From contig OZ024744.1 in NCBI GenBank assembly GCA_964016885.1, positions 132,308,001-132,372,000 on the forward strand: a stretch of 64,000 nucleotides of DNA, written 5' to 3'. The notes beneath the pieces were generated by a model. That model did no database searches and was not told where the DNA came from. It was given only the letters and a program-made list of their open reading frames with translations. Made by a program: the position numbers and the translations under genes. The DNA comes from Eledone cirrhosa. Taxonomy: Eukaryota. Shown here piece after piece: positions 53,242-61,174 of this stretch (positions are counted from its first letter, which is position 1; each line of letters starts with the position of its first letter).

Positions 53242-56040
53242 AGTCGGAGTTAAGTTAAGTTGGGGTTAAGTTAAGTTAGGCTTAACTTAAGTTGGGGTTA
53301 AGTTAAGTTGGGGGTAAGTTAAGTTGGGGGTAAGTTAAGTTGGGGTTAAGTTAAGTTGGGGTTAAGATAAGTGGTGGTTATGTTAAGTTGAGGTTAAGTT
53401 AAGTTAGGGTTAAATTAAGTTGGGGTTAAGTTAAGTTGGGTGTAAGTTAAGTTGGGGTTGAATGAAGTTGGGGTTAAGTTAAGTTGGGGTTAAGTAGAGT
53501 TGGGGTTAAGTAAAGTTGGGGTTAAGTTAAGTTGGTGTTAAGTTGGGGTTAAGTTGGGGTTAAGTTAAGTGGTGGTTATGTTAAGTTGGGGTTAAATTAA
53601 GTTGGGGTTAATTTAAATTGGGGTTAAGTTAACTTTGTGGTTAAGTTAAGTTGGGGTTAAGTTAAGTTGGGGTTAAATTAAGTTGGGGTTGAGTGAAGTT
53701 GGGGTTAAGTTAAGTTGGGGTTAACTTAAGTTGGGTTTAAGTTAAGTTGCGGTTAAGTTAAGTTGGGGTTAAGTTAAGTTGGGGTTAAGTTAAGTCGGGG
53801 TTAATTTAAGTTGGGGTTGAGTTAAGTTGAGGTTAATTTAAGTTGAGGTTATGTTAAGTTGGGGTTAATTTAAGTTGGGGTTAAGTTAAATTGGGGTTAA
53901 GTTAAGTTGGGGTTAATTTAAGTTGGGATTAAGTTCAGTTGGGGTTAAATTAAGTTGGGGTTAAGTTAAGCTGGGGTTAAATTAAGTTGGGGTTAAGTTA
54001 AGTTGGGGTTAAGTTAAGTTGGGGTTAAGTTAAGCTAGGGTTAATTTAAGTTGGGGTTATGTTAAGTTGGGGTTAAGTTAAGTTGGGGTTAAGTCGAGTT
54101 GGGGTTAAGTTAAGTTGGGGTTAGTTAAGTTGAGTTTAAGTTAAGTTGGGGTTAATTTAAGTTGGGGTTAAGTTAAGTTGGGGTTCAGTTAAGTTGGGGT
54201 TAAGTTAAGTTGGGGTTAAGTTAAGTTGGTTTAAGTTAAGTTGGGGTTAGGTTAAGTTGGGGATAAGTTAAGTTGGGGATAAGCTAAGTTGGGGTTAAGT
54301 TAAGTTGGGTTTAAGTTAAGTTGGGGTTAAGTTAAGTTAGGCTTAACTTAAGTTGGGGTTAAGTTAAGTTGGGGGTAAATTAAGTTGGGGGTAAGTTAAG
54401 TTGGGGTTAAGTTAAGTTGGGGTTAAGTTAAGTGGTGGTTATGTTAAGTTGGGGTTAAGTTAAGTTGGGGTTAAATTAAGTTGGGGTTAAGTTATGTTGG
54501 GTGTAAGTTAAGTTGGGGTTGAGTGAAGTTGGGGTTAAGTTAAGTTGGGGTTAAGTTAAGTTAGGGTTAATTTAAGTTGGGGTTATGTTAAGTTGGGGTT
54601 AAGTTAAGTTGGGGTTAAGTAGAGTTGGGGTTAAGTTAAGTTGGGGTTAAGTTAAGTTGGTGTTAAGTTGGGGTTAAGTTAAGTTGGGGTTAAGTTAAGT
54701 CGGGGTTAAGTTAAGTTGGGGTTGAGTTAAGTTGGGGTTAATTTAAGTTGAGGTTATGTTAAGTTGGGGTTAATTTAAGTTGGGGTTAATTTAAGTTGGG
54801 GTTAAGTTAAGTTGGGGTTAAGTTGAGGTTAAGTTAAGTTGTGGTTAAGTTAAGTTGGGGCTAATTTAAGTTGGGGCTAAGTTAAGTTGGGGCTAAGTTA
54901 AGTTGGGGTTAATTTAAGTTGGGGTTAAGTTAAGTTGGGTTTAATTTAAGTTGGGGTCAACTTAAGTTGGGGTTAATTTGAGTTGGGGTTAAATTAAGTT
55001 GGGGTTAATTTAAGTTGGGGCTAAGTTAAGTTGGGGCTGAGTTAAGTTGGGGTTAAGTTAAGTTGGGGTTAAGTTAAGTTGGGGTTAAGTTAATTTTGGG
55101 TTAAGTTAAGTTGTGGTTCAGTTAAGTTGGGGTTAAGTTAAGTTTGGGTTAATTTGGGGTTAAATTAAGTTGGGGTTAAGTTAAGTTGGGGTTAAGTTAA
55201 GTTGGGGTTAAGTTAAGTTGGGGTTAATTTAAGTTGGGGTTAAGTTAAGTCGGGGTTAAGTTAAGTCGGTGTTAAGTTAAGTTAGGGTTAAGTTAAGTTG
55301 GGGTTAAGTTAAGTTGGCTTTAAGTTAAGCTGGGGTTAAGTTAAGTTGGGGTTAAATTAAGTTTTGGTTAAGTTAAGTTGGGGTTAGGTTAAGTTTGGGT
55401 TAGGTTATATGGGGTTAAATTAAGTTGGGGTTAAGTTAAGTTGGGGTTAAGTTAAGTTGGGGTTAGGTTAAGTTGGGGATAAGTTAAGTTGGGGATAATT
55501 TAAGTTGGGGTTAAGTTAAGTTGGGTTTAAGTTAAGCTGGGGTTAAGTTAAGTTGGGGTTAAATTAAGTTGGGGTTAAGTTAAGTTGGGGTTAAGTTAAG
55601 TTTGGGTTAGGTTAAGTTGGGGATTAGTTAAGTTGGGGATAAGTTAAGTTGGGGTTAAGTTAAGTTGGGTTTAAGTTAAGTTGTGGTTAAGTTAAGTTGG
55701 GGTTAAGTTAAGTTGGGGGTTAAGTTAAGTTGGGGTTAGTTAAGTTTAGTTTAAGTTAAGTTGGGGTTAATTTAAGTTGGGGTTAAGTTAAGTTGGGGTT
55801 CAGTTAAGTTGGGGATAAGTCAAGTTGGGGTTAAGTTAAGTTGGGGTTAAGTTAAGTTGGGGTTAGGTTAAGTTGGGGATAAGTTAAGTTGGGGATAAGC
55901 TAAGTTGGGGTTAAGTTAAGTTGGGTTTAAGTTAAGTTGGGGTTAAGTTAAGTTGGGGTTAAATTAAGTTGGAGATAAGTTAAGCTGGGGTTAAATTAAG
56001 TTGGGGTTAAGTTAAGTTGGGGTTAGGTTAAGTTGGGGTT

Positions 56041-56304
56041 AACCCCAACTTAACTTAACCCCAACTTAACTTAGCCCCAACTTCACTCAACCCCAACTTA
56101 ACTTAACCCCAACTTAAGTTAACCCCAACTTAACTTAACCCTAACTTAACTTAACCCCGACTTAACTTAACCCCGACTTAACTTAACCCCAACTTAACTT
56201 AACCCCAACTTAACTTAACCCCAACTTAACTTAATCCCAACTTGACTTAACCCCAACTTAACTCACACCCAACTTAACTTACTCCCAACTTAACTTAACC
56301 CCAA
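56041..56304 (-). repeat. Inverted 16-mer segment 10
   Basis: Starts at GGGGTT|AACCCC and ends at the slightly diverged junction CCCCAA|AATCGGAG. Confidence 0.92.
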
Positions 56305-59300
56305 AATCGGAGTTACGTTAAGTTGGGGTTAAGTTAAGTTAGGCTTAACTTAAGTTGGGCTTAAGTTAAGTTGGGGGTAAGTTAAGTTGGGGGTAAGTTA
56401 AGTTGGGGTTAATTTAAGTTGGGGTTAAGTTAAGTGGTGGTTATGTTAAGTTGGGGTTAAGTTAAGTTGGGGTTAAATTAAGTTGGGGTTAAGTTAAGTT
56501 GGGTGTAAGTTAAGTTGGGGTTGAGTGAAGTTGGGGTTAAGTTAAGTTGGGGTTAAGTAGAGTTGGGGTTAAGTTAATTGGGGTTAAGTTAAGTTGGTGT
56601 TAAGTTGGGGTTAAGTTAAGTTGGGGTTAAGTTGGGGTTAAGTTAAGTGGTGGTTATGTTAAGTTGGGGTTAACTTAAGTTGGGGTTAATTTAAATTGGG
56701 GTTAAGTTAACTTTGTGGTTAAGTTAAGTTGGGGTTAAGTTAAGTTGGGGTTAAGTTAAGTTGGGGTTGAGGGAAGTTGGGGTTAAGTTAAGTTGGGGTT
56801 AACTTAAGTTGGGTTTAAGTTAAGTTGCGGTTAAGTTAAGTTGGGGTTAAGTTAAGTTGGGGTTAAGTTAAGTCGGGGTTAAGTTAAGTTGGGGTTGAGT
56901 TAAGTTGGGGTTAATTTAAGTTGAGGTTATGTTAAGTTGGGGTTAATTTAAGTTGGGGTTAAGTTAAGTTGGGGTTAAGTTAAGTTGGGGTTAATTTAAG
57001 TTGGGGTTAAGTTCAGTTGGGGTTAATTTAAGTTGGGGTTAAGTTAAGTTGGGTTTAAGTTAAGTTGGGGTTAAATTAAGTTGGGGTTAAATTAAGTTGG
57101 GGTTAAGTTAAGTTGGGGTTAGGTTAAGTTGGGGATAAGTTAAGTTGGGGATAAGCTAAGTTGGGGTTAAGTTAAGTTGGGTTTAAGTTAAGTTGGGGTT
57201 AAGTTAAGTCGGGGTTATGTTAAGTCGGTGTTAAGTTAAGTTAGGGTTAAGTTAAGTTGGGGTTAAGTTAAGTTGGGGTTGAGTTAAGTTGGGGTTGAGT
57301 TAAATTGGGGTTGAGTTAATTTGGGGTTAAGTTAAGTTGGGGTTAAGTTAAGTTGGGGTTGAGTTAAGTTGGGGTTACCTCAAGTTGGGGCTAAGTTAAG
57401 TTGGGGCTGAGTTAAGTTGGGTGTACGTTAAGTTGGGGTTGACTGAAGTTGGGGTTAAGTTAAGTTGGGGTTAAGTTAAGTTAGGGTTAATTTAAGTTGG
57501 GGTTATGTTAAGTTGGGGTTAAGTTAAGTTGGGGTTAAGTAGAGTTGGGGTTAATTTAAGTTGGGGTTAAGTTAAGTTGGTGTTAAGTTGGGGTTAATTT
57601 AAGTGGTGGTTATGTTAAGTTGGGGTTAAGTTAAGTTGGGGTTAATTTAAATTGGGGTTAAGTTAACTTTGTGGTTAAGTTAAGTTGGAGTTAAGTTAAG
57701 TTGGAGTTAAGTTAAGTTGGGGTTGAGTGAAGTTGGGGTTAAGTTAAGTTGGGGTTAACTTAAGTTGGGTTTGAGTTAAGTTGGGGTTAAGTTAAGTTGG
57801 GGTTTAATTAAGTTGGGGTTGAGTTAAGTTGGGGTTGACTTAAGTTGGGCTTAAGTTAAGTTGGGGTTAAGTTAAGATGTGGTTAAGTTAAGTTGGGGTT
57901 AAGTTAAATTGGGGTTAAATTAAGTTGGGGTTAAGTTAAGTTGGGGGTAAGGTAAGTTGGTGGTAAGTTAAGTTGGGGGTAAGTTAAGATGGGGCTAAGT
58001 TAAGTTGGGGTTAAGTTAATTTGGGGTTAAGTTAAGTTTGGGTTAAGTTAAGTTGGGGTTGACTTAAGTTGGGGTTAAGTTAAGTTGGGGTTATGTTAAG
58101 TTGGGTTTAAGTTAAGTTGGGGTTAAGTTAAGTTGGGGTTAAGTTAAGTTGCGGTTAAGTTAAGTTGGGGTTAAGTTAAGTTGGGGTTAAGTTAAGTTGG
58201 GGTTAAGTTAAGTTGGGGTTAAGTTAAGTTGGGGTTAATTTAAGTTGGGGTTAAATTAAGTTGGGGTTAATTTAAGTTGGGGGTTAAGATAAGTTGGGGT
58301 TAAGTTAAGTTGGGGTTAAATTAAGTTGGGGTTAAGTTAAGTTGGGGTTAATTTAAGTTGGGGTTAAGTTAAGTTGGGGTTGAGTTAAGTTGGGGGTAAG
58401 TTAAGTTAGGGGTAAGTTAAGTTGGGTGTAAGTTAAGATGGGGTTAAGTTAAGTTGGGGTTAAGTTATTTTGGGGTTAAGTTAAGTTGGGGGTAAGTTAA
58501 GTTGGTGATAAGTTAAGTTGGGGGTAAGTTAAGTTGGGGTTAAGTTAAGTTGGGTTAAGTTGGGGTTAAGTTAAGTTAGGGTTAAGTTAAGTTGGGGTTG
58601 AGTTAAGTTGGGGTTAAGTTAAGAGGTGGTTATGTTCAGTTGGGGTTAAGTTAAGTTGGGGTTAAGTTAAGTTGGGGTTAATTTAAGTTGGGGTTAAGAT
58701 AAGTTGGGGTTAAGTTAAGTTGGGGTTGAGTTAAGTTGGGGTTGAGTTAATTTGGGGTTAAGTTAAGTTGGGGTTAACTTAATTTGGGTTTAATTTAAGT
58801 TGGGGTTAAGTTAAGTTGGGGTTAAATTAAGTTGGGATTAAGTTAAGTTGGGTGTACGTTAAGTTGGGGTTGACTGAAGTTGGGGTTAAGTTAAGTTGGG
58901 GTTAAGTAGAGTTGGGGTTAATTTAAGTTGGGGTTAAGTTAAGTTGGTGTTAAGTTGGGGTTAAGTTAAGTTGGGGTTAAGTTGGGGTTAAGTTAAGTGG
59001 TGGTTATGTTAAGTTGGGGTTAAGTTAAGTTGGGGTTAATTTAAATTGGGGTTAAGTTAACTTTGTGGTTAAGTTAAGTTGGAGTTAAGTTAAGTTGGGG
59101 TTAAGTTAAGTTGGGGTTGAGTGAAGTTGGGGTTAATTTAAGTTGGGGTTCAGTTAAGTTGGGGTTAAGTTAAGTTGGGGTTGAGTTAAGTTGGGGTTAA
59201 TTTAAGTTGAGGTTATTTTAAGTTGGGGTTAAGTTAAGTTGGGGTTAAGTTAAGTTGGGGTTAAGTTAAGTTGGGGTTAAGTTAAGTTGGGGTTAAGTTA

Positions 59301-61174
59301 AGTTGGGTTTAAGTTAAGTTGGGGTTAAATTAAGTTGGGGTTAAATTAAAGTGGGGTTAAGTTAAGTTGGGGGTAAGTTAAGTTGGGGGCAAGTTAAGTT
59401 GGTGTTAAGTTAAGTTGGGGTTAAGTTAAGTTGGGGTTAAGTTAAGTTGGGTTTAAGTTAAGTTGGGACTAAGTTAAGTTAGGGCTAAGTTCAGTTGGGG
59501 TAAAGTTAAGTTGGGGCTAAGTTAAGTTGGGTATAAGTTGAGTTGGGGTTAAGTTAAGTTGGGGTTAAGTTAAGTTGGGGTTAAATTAAGTTGGGGTTAA
59601 TTAAGTTGGGGTTAAGTTAAGTTGGGGTTAAGTTAAGTTGGGGTTAATTTAAGTTGGGGTTGTGTTAATTTGGGGTTAAGTTAAGTTGGGGTTATATTAA
59701 GTTGGGGTTAAGTTAAGTTGGGTTTAAGTTAAGTTGGGGTTAAGTTAAGTTGGGGTTAAGTTGAGTTAGGGTTAATTTAAGTTGGGGTTATGTTAAGTTG
59801 GGGTTAAGTTAAGTTGGGGTTAAGTAGAGTTGGGGTTAATTTAAGTTGGGGTTAAGTTAAGTTGGTGTTAAGTTGGGGTTAAGTTAAGTTGGGGTTAAGT
59901 TGGGGTTAAGTTGAGTGGTGGTTATGTTAAGTTGGGGTTAAGTTAAGTTGGGGTTAATTTAAATTGGGGTTAAGTTAACTTTGTGGTTAAGTTAAGTTGG
60001 AGTTAAGTTAAGTTGGGGTTAAGTTAAGTTGGGGTTGAGTTAAGTTGGGGTTAAATTAAGTTGGGGTTAAATTAAGGTGGGGTTAAGTTAAGTTGGGGGT
60101 AAGTTAAGTTGGGGGCAAGTTAAGTTGGTGTTAAGTTAAGTTGGGGTTAAGTTAAGTTGGGGTTAAGTTAAGTTGGGTTTAAGTTAAGTTGGGACTAAGT
60201 TAAGTTAGGGCTAAGTTAAGTTGGGGTTAATTAAGTTGGGGCTAAGTTAAGTTGGGTCTAAGTTGAGTTGGGGTTAAGTTAAGTTGGGGTTAAGTTAAGT
60301 TGGGGTTAAATTAAGTTGGGGTTAATTAAGTTGGGGTTAAGTTAAGTTGGGGTTAAGTTAAGTTGGGGTTAATTTAAGTTGGGGGTAAGTTAAGTTGGTG
60401 GTAAGTTAAGTTGGGGTTAAGTTAAGTTGGGGTTAATTTAAATTGGGGTTAATTTAACTTTGTGGTTAAGTTAAGTTGGGGTTTATTTAAGTTGGGTTTA
60501 AGTTAAGTTGGGGTTGAGTTAAGTTGGGGTTGAGTGAAGTTGGGGTTAAGTTAAGTCGGGGTTAATTTAAGTTGGGGTTGAGTTAAGTCGGGGTTAATTC
60601 AAGTTGGGGCTAAGTTAATTTGTGGTTAAGTTAAGTTGGGGTTAAGTTAAGTTGGGGTTAAGTTAAGTTGGGGGTAAGTTAAGTTGGGGGCAAGTTAAGT
60701 TGGGGTTAAGTTAAGTTGCGGTTAATTTAAGTTGGGGTTAAGTTAAGTTGGGTTTAAGTTAAGTTGGGGTTCAGTTAAGTTGGGGTTTAGTTAAGTTGGG
60801 GTTAAGTTAAGTTGGGGTTGAGTTAAGTTGGGGTTTAATTAAGTTGGGGTTGAGTTAAGTTGGGGTTTAGTTAAGTGGGGGTTGAGTTAAGTTGGGGTTA
60901 AGCTAAGTTGGGGTTAAGTTAAATTGAGGTTAAGTTAACTTGGGTTTGAGTTAAGTTGGGGTTAAGTTAAGTTGGTGTTAAGTTCAGTTCAGGTTAAGTT
61001 AACTTGGGGTTAAGTTAAGTTGGGGTTGAGTTAAGTTGGGGTTGAGTTAAGTTGGGGTTAAGTTAAGTTGGGGTTAACTTAAGTTGGGGTTAAGTTAAGT
61101 TGGGGTTAATTTAAGTTGGGGTTCAGTTAAATTGAGGTTAAGATAACTTGGGTTTGCGTTAAGATGGGGTTAAG

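Larger units (their letters stand above)
42535..53720. repeat. Recent tandem duplication of a 5,588-bp block within the 16-mer island
   Basis: Landmarks recur at constant offset: 42541/48129, 44971/50559, 46385/51973, 47389/52977. The offset becomes 5,556 after the 32-bp deletion (47685/53241). Rare variants such as AAATCGGGTCTAAGTTAAGTGGGAGG occur in both copies. Confidence 0.92.

Noticed and set aside
39828-56304. Multiple independent head-to-head telomere fusions
   Set aside because: The G-to-C switches resemble fusion signatures. However, each is paired with the same return junction 137-345 bp later and shares diagnostic variants, indicating copies of one event.
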